64,000 bases of DNA from a virus: IMG/VR virus record IMGVR_UViG_3300028812_000003, positions 12,515 to 76,514 of that record. One strand, written 5' to 3'. Both the position numbers and the translations under genes were made by a program. A model generated the notes under the pieces. The model had not been told where the DNA came from. It ran no database searches and saw only the letters and a list, made by a program, of their open reading frames with translations. This document shows positions 55,992 through 64,000 of this stretch, one piece after another; position 1 is the stretch's first letter; the number at the start of each line of letters is the position of its first letter.

Positions 55992-56815
55992 TCCTCGGCC
56001 CCGGGGTTGTAGACGGCTTCCCCCCGGCTCAGGCAGTCCGCGAGGGTCAGTCCCGCGTCCGCGCCGTCCATGACCGCGACGGCCACCCGGGCCGCCCGCA
56101 GCACGACCTCGCTCTGCGTCATCGCGCCGAAGTGCTCGCGCAGCGCCATGATGCAGCGGCCCAGCTCGTCGGCCTCGGCGTTGGGCATGGCGAGGAAGAT
56201 GTCCCGCACACCGCGCGACTCGTACGGCTGGCTGTTCTCGCCACCGAGGCGGTCCACCCGGGCCTTCCGCTCCTCGGGGTCGTCGTTGTACTCGGCGACT
56301 GCCGGGCGGGTGTACTCGACGACCTCTTCCTCCTCGTACCTCGCCAGCAGTGAGTCGGCTTCCTCGTCGGTGTAGCCGGTGCCGACCGGGCCGCCGTCCA
56401 GCGAGGCGAGCAGCGCGGCCAGCGCCTCGTCGTCGTAGGAACCGTCGTCGGCCGCCTTGTTGTCCACCAGGTTGATGCGCGTGGCGGTGGCGTCGTCGCA
56501 TTCGATGAGGTGGGAGAGGGCTGTCGGGTCGTCCGCCTCCACGTTGACGCAGAGTTGGCACGGGCGGTCGTTGGCCAGCTCCCAGTCCCGGCAGTCCTCG
56601 CGGTCGGACTCCTCGTGCCGCAGCAGCGCCAGATACGTGTGGTTCCCGGCGAGGATCGTCAGCGTCTCGCCGTGCCGGCGAACGGTGAGCGGCTTGTACT
56701 GCCCGTTCGCGCGCAGCGATTCGAGGATCGCGTCCACGTCGCCGCGCCGGGCGTTGCCAGGGAACGGTGTGAGGTCTTCCAGGGGGACCCGCTCGGTCCC
56801 GACGGTCGTGGTCAT
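55988..56815 (-). CDS. ParB/Srx N-terminal domain protein
   Basis: LTPFPGNARRGDV..ESLRANGQYKP..LAGNHT..LVDNK. Confidence 0.85.
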   Translation of the reverse strand: MTTTVGTERVPLEDLTPFPGNARRGDVDAILESLRANGQYKPLTVRRHGETLTILAGNHTYLALLRHEESDREDCRDWELANDRPCQLCVNVEADDPTALSHLIECDDATATRINLVDNKAADDGSYDDEALAALLASLDGGPVGTGYTDEEADSLLARYEEEEVVEYTRPAVAEYNDDPEERKARVDRLGGENSQPYESRGVRDIFLAMPNAEADELGRCIMALREHFGAMTQSEVVLRAARVAVAVMDGADAGLTLADCLSRGEAVYNPGAEE

Positions 56816-56887
56816 CGCTACCCCTTCACCCGGTCGGCGGACGCGGCGATGTTAAGACGGCGAAGGGCCATGATCGTTCCGGAGACG

Positions 56888-56927
56888 CGACGAAGCCCCG
56901 GGCCGGGAGGGCTCCGGGGCTTCGTCG
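56888..56927 (-). terminator. Hairpin terminator
   Basis: CGACGAAGCCCCGG...CCGGGGCTTCGTCG. Confidence 0.75.
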
Positions 56928-56941
56928 GTGGTGAGCGGCGG

Positions 56942-57403
56942 TCAGTGACAGGTGGAGCGCTTGGTCCGGCCGGTCTTCCGCCAAGGGTCCAGCAGTGCGA
57001 CGACGGCCCGCAGGGCCTGCCGCATGGACGGGGCGTCGGGGTCCTCGAACCTCCCCGCCTTGCGCAGGGGGTAGTTGTCCTGCGCCTGGTCGCCTGTCCT
57101 CGGCGGGAACTCCGTCCGGGTGCCCTCGGGCCCCAGCTCCCCCAGCGCCGTCTCGGCCCGGCTCAGCACGGTGCGCACGGACGTCAGCGCCTCACCGCTG
57201 TCCCGGCCCCGGTCCGCCGACGCTCCGCCCACCTCGGTCACGGTGACGCGGGGGCAGTCGTCGTGGTCCTCGACCGCGCCCACGATCCAGTCCGTGGACA
57301 CCCGGGCCAGCTCGTCGTCGCTGTAGTAGTGCTCGTCCGGCCGGGGCGCGTCCGGCCCGTTCCAGACGATGTCCACGACCAGCCGCGTGCGTCGCTCAGC
57401 CAT
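56942..57403 (-). CDS. Hypothetical protein
   Basis: MAERRTRLVV..., 153 aa. Confidence 0.65.
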   Translation of the reverse strand: MAERRTRLVVDIVWNGPDAPRPDEHYYSDDELARVSTDWIVGAVEDHDDCPRVTVTEVGGASADRGRDSGEALTSVRTVLSRAETALGELGPEGTRTEFPPRTGDQAQDNYPLRKAGRFEDPDAPSMRQALRAVVALLDPWRKTGRTKRSTCH

Positions 57404-57779
57404 CGGTCCCCACTCCCTCCGCCTTGCATCCGCAGGTGCGCGCGGGGCCCGGCCCGTCCGGCATCGTGAGTGCCGGGCACTCCGTGCCCTGGTGGACGAG
57501 GTGCCCGCACCCACGGCAGACAGCCGACTGCTCCGACACCGACCGGATGTCGACGACCGGGGCGCCGGCCATGAACCGCAGCAGTTCCGCCTTGCAGCCG
57601 GGGCACAGCTCCCGGTCCCACGCCGAACCGTCCTCGGCCGGGAGCCGGGACCGTGTCCAGCCGTCCGGCAGCTCGGGACGCGCCGTCGGGATGCCGGGGC
57701 CCACGGTCCCGGCGAACAGCATCACGCTGGACGTCTGTTCCTGGAACCCGCAGCGGTCGCACTCCAGGTGGACGCTCAC
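57396..57779 (-). CDS. Cys-rich hypothetical protein
   Basis: CDRC, CPGC, CRGC, CGC; GTG overlaps the upstream stop. Confidence 0.65.
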   Translation of the reverse strand: MSVHLECDRCGFQEQTSSVMLFAGTVGPGIPTARPELPDGWTRSRLPAEDGSAWDRELCPGCKAELLRFMAGAPVVDIRSVSEQSAVCRGCGHLVHQGTECPALTMPDGPGPARTCGCKAEGVGTDG

Positions 57780-58399
57780 GCGTCGGCCCTCGCTTCCCCG
57801 GTCCGCCGGCCGGCCGCACGGTCCGCCTCGCGCCGGGCGTGCTCCGAGTCGTCGTAGGTGACGCGCAGGCCGTCGTCGTCCACCGTCGTCCGGCTGCTGA
57901 GGCACAGCGCGACGTCCTCGGGCTTCAACCGGGTCCGGGTGACCGACGTGATCTCCAGCGCCGTCGCCACGTCGTCGCCGTACAGCACGACGAACTTGCC
58001 GCCTCGCCTCATCGCCTTGTCGTAGTACGCGGCCGGCTTGCGCCCCAGCGCCCGCTTCAGCCGGTCGGCCGCCCGGTGGGAGTTGACCGCCAGCACGGTG
58101 CCGACCGGCTCGGGCGGGACGACCAGCAGCACGCGGGCGCCGTCCGGGATCTCCTGCGACTCCGTACGGCCGTCGTGGCCCCGGCAGGTGGTGTCGTTGC
58201 CGTCCCGGGCCGTGACGGTCCACGCGGTGCCGCCGGGCGGCTCGCAGCCCATGGCGGGGCGCACGCGTCCGTCCCGGCCCGTGAAGTACGCCGTGAACGC
58301 GCCCAGGCCGGACACGAACGTGTCGCCGACCGCCAGTTCCCGGGCAGGCCTGTCGCGCAGGTCGCTCCAGTCGTAGCCGTGACCCTTGTCGTTGCTCAT
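57776..58399 (-). CDS. Hypothetical protein
   Basis: MSNDKGHG..., preceded by CCGACCAAGGAAGCGAGGAACGAGGA. Confidence 0.75.
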   Translation of the reverse strand: MSNDKGHGYDWSDLRDRPARELAVGDTFVSGLGAFTAYFTGRDGRVRPAMGCEPPGGTAWTVTARDGNDTTCRGHDGRTESQEIPDGARVLLVVPPEPVGTVLAVNSHRAADRLKRALGRKPAAYYDKAMRRGGKFVVLYGDDVATALEITSVTRTRLKPEDVALCLSSRTTVDDDGLRVTYDDSEHARREADRAAGRRTGEARADA

Positions 58400-58617
58400 T
58401 CCTCGTTCCTCGCTTCCTTGGTCGGGGTGGCGCAGGGGCACCGACCCCATCGGTCGTTCGTCACGGTCCATCGCTTGTCGCCGCACCGCCAGCAGGCGGG
58501 CAGGCCCCGGGTCGCGCGGCACAGGCCGCAGAACGCCCGGGACGGGTCCATCCGCGCGCAGGCGGTGCAGTCGGTTGGCGAGGCCGCGATACGCGTGTGC
58601 GCCAGCCGCGTTGTCAC
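58396..58617 (-). CDS. Small Cys-rich protein
   Basis: CTAC/CGLC/CWRC/CPC; overlaps both neighbours by 4 nt. Confidence 0.6.
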   Translation of the reverse strand: MTTRLAHTRIAASPTDCTACARMDPSRAFCGLCRATRGLPACWRCGDKRWTVTNDRWGRCPCATPTKEARNEE

Positions 58618-59309
58618 GCAGCGTCCTCCGCCGGTACCGGGTTGGCCTCGACGACGGCCCGGATGGCCTCGACGACGGCCCGGATGGCCTTGAGGGACGG
58701 GGTGTCGTGCGGGGCCGGGCGGTCCGGGGTGACGCTCAGCCCGAACTGGGTCCGGCGGGCGACGCCAGGGGCGACGAAGTACGTCAGGTCGTACTGCCAG
58801 CGCCGGCCCTCGTCGGCCGCCCGGCCCACCCGGAGATTCAGGGCGAAGCCGTCGTCGCGCGGCGCCCACGCCTGCTGCGTGGTCCAGCCGTTGGCCTCGG
58901 CGAGCGCGAACAGGCCGGCGACCGGCTTCGGCAGTGCGTAGCCCTCGGGCGCCGTGTCCGTGATGCCCGCCCGGAGCCTGCGCTCCGTGGTGTCCCGTGC
59001 GTGCTTCTCGGCCGGGGTCAGGACGTTGTCGCGTTCCAGGGCTGCGTCCAGGGTGGCGGTCCGGCCGCTGTAACGGCAGGTCCACCCGATGCCGGTTGCG
59101 TCCCGGATCGCCGGACGGCGCTGGCCGTCGATGTCCCACGTCGACTTCGGCTCGTGCGTGCCCAGCGTGCCGCCACGGTCGACGCGCGCCGTGTTGCCGC
59201 ACGGGCACATGGCCTCGACGCAGCGCAGCAGCTCGGACCACAGGTTCGGCAGGAGTATCGCCGGGTCGTGCTTCGCCCCGGTGGCCAGGGCTTCCAGTGT
59301 CGTCGTCAT
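58614..59309 (-). CDS. Hypothetical protein
   Basis: MTTTLEALA..., GGAGG RBS. Confidence 0.7.
   Translation of the reverse strand: MTTTLEALATGAKHDPAILLPNLWSELLRCVEAMCPCGNTARVDRGGTLGTHEPKSTWDIDGQRRPAIRDATGIGWTCRYSGRTATLDAALERDNVLTPAEKHARDTTERRLRAGITDTAPEGYALPKPVAGLFALAEANGWTTQQAWAPRDDGFALNLRVGRAADEGRRWQYDLTYFVAPGVARRTQFGLSVTPDRPAPHDTPSLKAIRAVVEAIRAVVEANPVPAEDAA
58643..58690. repeat. Perfect in-frame 21-bp tandem duplication (AIRAVVE x2)
   Basis: TGGCCTCGACGACGGCCCGGA twice plus TGGCCT. Confidence 0.9.
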
Positions 59310-59311
59310 GG

Positions 59312-59653
59312 TCAGGCCTCCGTCCGCTGCACTCGGGCTGCCTCGGCCTCGGCGTGCACCATGGCGCGGTAGATCTCGTAGGCGTCCGCGAAGGTGTCGG
59401 TGCGGCCCTCCCCGAGGTACCACCGGGCGAAGCCCTTGCCGACGAAGATGCCGCTGCGTTCGGCCCACCGCTCGATGCGGGCCGGCGACGTCAGCCACAC
59501 GGCGTGCGCCGCCGCGTAGTCGCCGTTCCGACCGGTATTCCCGCACCACTCGGGGAACCCGTCGCGGGTGTTCTTCCCGGCGCCCTCGGCCCACCGACGG
59601 GCCGCGTCGATGTCCCGCTGGCGCTCGGCGGCTTCCTTCTGGAAGTAGTCCAT
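59312..59653 (-). CDS. Hypothetical protein
   Basis: 113 aa, promoter and start motif upstream. Confidence 0.75.
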   Translation of the reverse strand: MDYFQKEAAERQRDIDAARRWAEGAGKNTRDGFPEWCGNTGRNGDYAAAHAVWLTSPARIERWAERSGIFVGKGFARWYLGEGRTDTFADAYEIYRAMVHAEAEAARVQRTEA

Positions 59654-59725
59654 GGCCCTGCCTTCCTCGACTCCTTGGTCAGTGAACCGGGCCGCCGGTG
59701 AATCGCCGAACGACCCGGACCACTC

Positions 59726-59765
59726 GATTTAATTAAACCACTGTCGACGGTGCCGGGACAACCCC
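59726..59765 (-). promoter_or_regulatory. Conserved promoter/operator copy 9
   Basis: Minus strand GGGGTTGTCC -18- TTTAATTAAATC. Confidence 0.75.
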
Positions 59766-59787
59766 TCGGAGCCGTCCCGGCGCCCGT

Positions 59788-59994
59788 TCACGGGTGGGCC
59801 GCCAGCCGCAGCCGCTCGCCGCCGCGCTCGCGGATGCGGCGTACCGCCTCGGCGTCACGCACCGGAAGGAACGAGTCCCCGAGGCACGGCCCGACGCCGA
59901 GGTGCGAGTACGCCGGGCCGGCGTGCAACCGGACCAGCCACACCACCCGGCCGCACGCCGGGCACATCTCCGTTCCGATCACCATGTCAGTCAC
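59788..59994 (-). CDS. Small hypothetical protein
   Basis: VTDMVIGTEMCPACG..., 68 aa, follows the polymerase gene. Confidence 0.5.
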   Translation of the reverse strand: MTDMVIGTEMCPACGRVVWLVRLHAGPAYSHLGVGPCLGDSFLPVRDAEAVRRIRERGGERLRLAAHP

Positions 59995-59999
59995 GGCGC

Positions 60000-62900
60000 T
60001 CAGTCCTTCGCGTAGCAGGCGTCCCACGACCGGGCCGCCTTGCTCGCACCGGCCGTGATCGGCACGCCCTTGAACTCGAACGTGAACGCCTCCAGCACGG
60101 CCTCCCGGACGCCGTCCACCAGGTGCTCGGGGACGCTCAGGACCACCTCGTCGTGGACGACGCAGCGCAGCCACTCCAGGGCCTCGGGCAGCATGTCGGT
60201 CAGGCGCAGCAGGCCCGTGCACATGATGTCCCGGGCGCCGCCCTGGCCCATGAGCGCGGGCGCCTGCGTCCACGCGCGGTCCGGGTTGCAGCGCATGAGC
60301 CGGCCGAACCCGTTGTCGAGCATCTGTCCGGCCGCGCCCCGCTCGCGCACCTCGTTCCGCCAGGCGCACAGCACCGGGTACTGGGCGTTCATCTGGTCGT
60401 CGAACTTCTGCGCCAGCTCCATCTCCACACCGGAGTTGGCGATGCCCTTCACACCCATGCCGTAGTTCCAGCCGTGGCCGATGCGCTTGGCGTTGTCGCG
60501 CCACTCGCCGTCGGCCCGGCCGAACACTGCCTCGGCGATCATGCTGTGCGCGTCGGCTCCGGGCGCGAAGTTCTGCATGTACGCCGGGTCCTGGCAGTGG
60601 CCGGCGATGGCGCGCATGTCGACCTGGTCCATGTCGAAACAGATCAGCAGGTGTCCGTCGTCGGCGATGAGCGGGCGGCGCTGGCCCACCTTGCCGCCAC
60701 GCTTGCCGATGTTGGTCACCGACGGGCGGACGTACGCCCACCGGCCCGACCCCTGAAGGTCACCGACCTGCGGGTGGACCCGGTCGCCGACGAGGTGGTC
60801 CAGGATCTCCTGGTACTTCTGGACCGTGGAGGTCACGGTGACGATGTGGCCGCACATCTCGCGCAGCGCGTCCACGTCGGCGCCGCCCTCGGCGAAGGTG
60901 CGCAGCACGTTGGGGTTGAGCATCGCCGGGACCGTCCGGGCGTTCGCGCCCTTGCCCACCATGTACGACGACTCGCCCAGCGCATCCTTGTTGAGGCTGA
61001 TCAGTCCGGAGGCCGTCTTGGGGTAGAAGTTGGCGCCCCGGTCGGCGAACGCGGCGATGACCGCCCCACGGCCCTCGGTGGTGGACAGCGGCGACTTCAC
61101 CGGCTCGTCGGTGAACACCCTGTTCTTGCCCCGGCCCTTGCCGACGGAGCGGGTCAGCGGCACGCCGCAGTTCTCGTGCAGCCACTCCAGCGACTCCTGC
61201 CGCTTGTCCGCCTCCGCCTGCACCATCTCGCGCAGGACGGGGACGTCCACCTTCCACCCGGTCAGGGTCGGCCGGTGCTGGATGTGCGCCACGCGCATCT
61301 CACGCCTGACGTAGTCCGTCGGCTCGCCCAGGGCGCGCCGCACGCCCCGGGTCGCCTTCAGGTCGCCGCTGAAGTAGGCGCGGTACTCCGGGTCGTCGGC
61401 GGGGATACGTCCGAAACCGATCTCCAACCGCTCCTCGGTGCTCAGCTTGCGCCCGTCGATCTCCTCGGGGGCGTGCTTGAGGGCGAGGGCCTTCAGGTCG
61501 TCGGTCTTGCCCGACATGCCGAGCCGGGCGGCGAGGCCGTCCAGACCGTAATAGCCCTTGGCCGCCCACGGCTTCTCGTGCGCGGCGCCGGGCGGGTCGA
61601 TGGTCTGCGCCCACCGCAGGGTGTCCACCGTCTTGGCGGCCAGCTTGTCGTAGTCGGCGCCGTGGTGGCGGGCGAGGGCCATCAGGTCGAACCCGAGCAG
61701 GTTGTGACCGTAGATCTCGTCCGCGTCCTCCAGGCGCCGGATCAGCTCGTCCACGGAGTTGACGACGACCTCGGTCCCGTCCTCGGTGACGTAGCCGGAC
61801 AGCCGGGTGTACGGGTCGCCGCCGATGTCCTTGTGAACGAACAGTCGCTTGGCGCTGTGCGACTCGATGTCGAACCCGACGGACCCGCCGGCGCGCGGGG
61901 GCACGGTCTCGGCGGCCGGCGGCGGGGACGGGGCGGGGACGGTGGCCACGGGCGCGTGATCGGCTTCCGCTTCCGCGAACGGATCACCTCCGAAAGGGTC
62001 CCCTCCGGGGGCGGTTCGAGGGCCGGTACCGTCGGTACCGTGTTCTCCTGTTCCTCCTATACGAGGGCCGATTTCATTGTTAACGGGAGAAGAGGGTACC
62101 GACGGTACCGGGTTGTCCTCACCCTCGCTGAGCTGGCCGTTTCCGTTCGGGTCCTGGAACCGGATTCCCAGCCACGCGTAGTACGGATTGGGTACGGCGA
62201 GCCCCGGGTCCAGCGTGGACCGCCCTTCGCGGGTCTTGATCCGCTTCCGGGCGACCCCGTTCCGCGAGCACTCGTCGTGGCTTCCGAATCGGGCGGTGAA
62301 CGTCCTGTCCGTCCACTCCCGGTGGCCCTTGTCGGCCAGGTACTTGTTGAACGCCTCGCGCAGCTCCGGGGCGTAGATGTGGGAGTCCCAGTCGAACTCC
62401 AGGACGTCCCCGATGAAGGACAGCACCAGGTCCGACTCCCGGCGCCACTCCAGGGTGGCCTCCGCCACTTCCGCCGGCGGCGGGGGCAGGATCATGTCGG
62501 CCGCGTACCACTTGCGGGCCCCGTCCACCAGCCACGCCAGGACGGCCTCAGTGACCCGCTCGTCGGTCTTCACCCGCTGGCGCAGGTTCAGGTCCCCCGG
62601 CCGGTCGTTGGGCCCCGTGCACGCCTCCCACGGCTTGCAGTACTTGTACGGGAAGACGAGCATGGCCAGCCGGCGCCACGTGCCGTGATCGGACTCCTCC
62701 ACCAGCGGCTTGTGGTTCGTGTTGATGATCAGCGTGTGCGTCGTGGAGAAGGTGACGCTGTCCTGCCGCATCTTGCGGGCCGTGATCTGGTCGGTGCCCG
62801 CCAACTTTTTCGCCCGGTTGACGTCCAGGCGCTTGGCCTCCGGTGTCTCCTCCAGCACCGCGAGGCGAGCGCCCATGAAGTCCATCATCTCGGTGGGGTG

Positions 62901-64000
62901 GTTGTCGCTCGCGTTGCCGAGCAGCGCCCGGTCGGCGACAGCCGTGTGGTAGCCGCCGCGCTTGCCGGCCGACTTGGCGATGGCGTCCATGACGGTAGAG
63001 TTGTGCGTGGGGACCAGGTCCCGGCCGGCGAGGTACAGGGCGTCCTCGCGGTCCACAGTGATGCAGCGCACCGGCCTGGAGTCCACCCTCTCGATGGCCG
63101 CGATGCTCGGCGCCGAGGTGCGCACGCGCGGGCGGGAGGCGCTGATGCGGCCGGCCTTGCGGGCCAGCCGGAAGGGGTTCAACCCATCAGGACCCGGCGT
63201 CCACGTGACCATCCACTTCGGACCGACGGCAACGCCTTTCAGGGTCGCCACGGACTCCTTTACCGTCGCCTTCCACCCCAGCGACCGCGCCAGGTACAGC
63301 ACCCCGTCTGCCAGACACTTGCGGGTGGACGTGAACACGGCCTGACCCTGCCCCGCAGACGCGAAGCCGTCGGTGTCCATGAGTCCCTGAAGCAGCGCCA
63401 GGCGCTGCTCCTGGGACCCGGCCAGGTACTGCTCCGGGATGTGCTTGTTGTTCAGCACGCCCAGGGACCGGAGCTGTTCGGTGATGGACTGGCCGTTGCG
63501 CTTGCCACGACCGCCCCCGTCCCCGAGAGCCCACGCGTACGGGGTGTTCTGCCTTCGCACCGGGATGCCGGCTGCCCGGATCTCCTCGACGATCTGAACG
63601 TCGTCGGGGTGGCAGGTGAGGCGGTTACCCGCGCTCTCCCCGTCCCCCAGCCAGGCACCGAGCACGTAGGGGTCAAACGGCAGATCAACTGGCTTGGACT
63701 GGATCGGCTGCTGTTCGGGCAGCCGGAACCGAAGCCCCGCGCGGCCCCCTCCCGTACGGGCGTAGACGCCCCGCTGGACCATCTGTTCGGTGGTCAGCGT
63801 GACCCACCGTGGCCTGTTGAGCTTGCTCGTCCCCTTGCTCAGCCGGACGGTCCACAGGTGGTCCGCGTCAGCCACGACGGACCGTCCGTCGGTCGTGGTC
63901 ACCCGGTAGCAGCGGCGTCCGTGCAGGACGTCGAACGCGTGCGTGACCTTTGTGGGCTGCCCGTCCGGGCCGTACACCTCGTCACCGGCCACGAGGTCGC
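60000..64000 (-). CDS. SF3 (D5/P4-like) helicase fused to family A DNA polymerase; N-terminus outside window
   Basis: GARLAVLEE, ITARKMRQD, INTNHKP, GTWRRL; exo FDIES/HNLLGFD/YFSGD; Pol motifs DMDQVDMR, RDNAKRIGHGWNYG, VHDE. Confidence 0.9.
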   Translation of the reverse strand, partial: DLVAGDEVYGPDGQPTKVTHAFDVLHGRRCYRVTTTDGRSVVADADHLWTVRLSKGTSKLNRPRWVTLTTEQMVQRGVYARTGGGRAGLRFRLPEQQPIQSKPVDLPFDPYVLGAWLGDGESAGNRLTCHPDDVQIVEEIRAAGIPVRRQNTPYAWALGDGGGRGKRNGQSITEQLRSLGVLNNKHIPEQYLAGSQEQRLALLQGLMDTDGFASAGQGQAVFTSTRKCLADGVLYLARSLGWKATVKESVATLKGVAVGPKWMVTWTPGPDGLNPFRLARKAGRISASRPRVRTSAPSIAAIERVDSRPVRCITVDREDALYLAGRDLVPTHNSTVMDAIAKSAGKRGGYHTAVADRALLGNASDNHPTEMMDFMGARLAVLEETPEAKRLDVNRAKKLAGTDQITARKMRQDSVTFSTTHTLIINTNHKPLVEESDHGTWRRLAMLVFPYKYCKPWEACTGPNDRPGDLNLRQRVKTDERVTEAVLAWLVDGARKWYAADMILPPPPAEVAEATLEWRRESDLVLSFIGDVLEFDWDSHIYAPELREAFNKYLADKGHREWTDRTFTARFGSHDECSRNGVARKRIKTREGRSTLDPGLAVPNPYYAWLGIRFQDPNGNGQLSEGEDNPVPSVPSSPVNNEIGPRIGGTGEHGTDGTGPRTAPGGDPFGGDPFAEAEADHAPVATVPAPSPPPAAETVPPRAGGSVGFDIESHSAKRLFVHKDIGGDPYTRLSGYVTEDGTEVVVNSVDELIRRLEDADEIYGHNLLGFDLMALARHHGADYDKLAAKTVDTLRWAQTIDPPGAAHEKPWAAKGYYGLDGLAARLGMSGKTDDLKALALKHAPEEIDGRKLSTEERLEIGFGRIPADDPEYRAYFSGDLKATRGVRRALGEPTDYVRREMRVAHIQHRPTLTGWKVDVPVLREMVQAEADKRQESLEWLHENCGVPLTRSVGKGRGKNRVFTDEPVKSPLSTTEGRGAVIAAFADRGANFYPKTASGLISLNKDALGESSYMVGKGANARTVPAMLNPNVLRTFAEGGADVDALREMCGHIVTVTSTVQKYQEILDHLVGDRVHPQVGDLQGSGRWAYVRPSVTNIGKRGGKVGQRRPLIADDGHLLICFDMDQVDMRAIAGHCQDPAYMQNFAPGADAHSMIAEAVFGRADGEWRDNAKRIGHGWNYGMGVKGIANSGVEMELAQKFDDQMNAQYPVLCAWRNEVRERGAAGQMLDNGFGRLMRCNPDRAWTQAPALMGQGGARDIMCTGLLRLTDMLPEALEWLRCVVHDEVVLSVPEHLVDGVREAVLEAFTFEFKGVPITAGASKAARSWDACYAKD
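62024..62109. repeat. 86-bp GGTACC-bracketed AT-rich element, copy B (candidate origin in the helicase-Pol linker)
   Basis: CGGTACCGTCGGTACC ... GGTACCGACGGTACC inverted arms around an AT-rich core. Confidence 0.7.
63000..64000 (-). mobile_element. LAGLIDADG intein in the helicase (start outside window)
   Basis: ADADHLW block B; PYVLGAWLGDG and LLQGLMDTDG; ends VRCITV..LYLAG..VPTHN followed by Ser. Confidence 0.92.

Noticed and set aside
55988-56815. Partition ParB partner of parA
   Set aside because: It lies 49 kb from parA and heads the DNA-modification operon, where ParB-like domains are commonly found.

Overview
A 64-kb, very GC-rich segment of a temperate siphovirus-type actinophage, probably with a Streptomyces host (WhiB, Rpf, NsdA-like regulator, TTA codons). 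It is probably a phage-plasmid: it has a ParA plus partner module and a Xer-like tyrosine recombinase, and no host chromosomal genes are seen. Left arm (1-12.6 kb, mostly +): C5 DNA methyltransferase (truncated at the edge), many small accessory genes, DUF262, parA, a beta-clamp (dnaN-like), DUF3560, whiB and two atypical tRNA-like RNAs. 12.7-36.5 kb (-): glycosyltransferase, lysis, tail and head genes up to the portal. 36.7-45.7 kb: a graspetide (ATP-grasp RiPP) cassette, a recombinase and accessory genes. 45.8-64 kb (-): terminase with an intein hiding an out-of-frame HNH gene, Rpf-NlpC/P60-LysM, a triple-LuxR regulator, a dTDP-glucose dehydratase, a ParB/aGPT-PPlase/PLP/kinase/TET-JBP DNA-hypermodification operon, and an intein-containing SF3 helicase-DNA Pol A fusion (truncated at the edge). 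Top observation: a tRNA-shaped RNA (4732-4830) has its anticodon loop replaced by a 16-nt loop. This loop is the reverse complement of a conserved motif (GACCAAGGAA / GGAACCGACC) just upstream of the start codons of about 20 non-virion genes, suggesting an RNA-guided translation-control system. All family calls come from motif recognition by eye; no searches were run.
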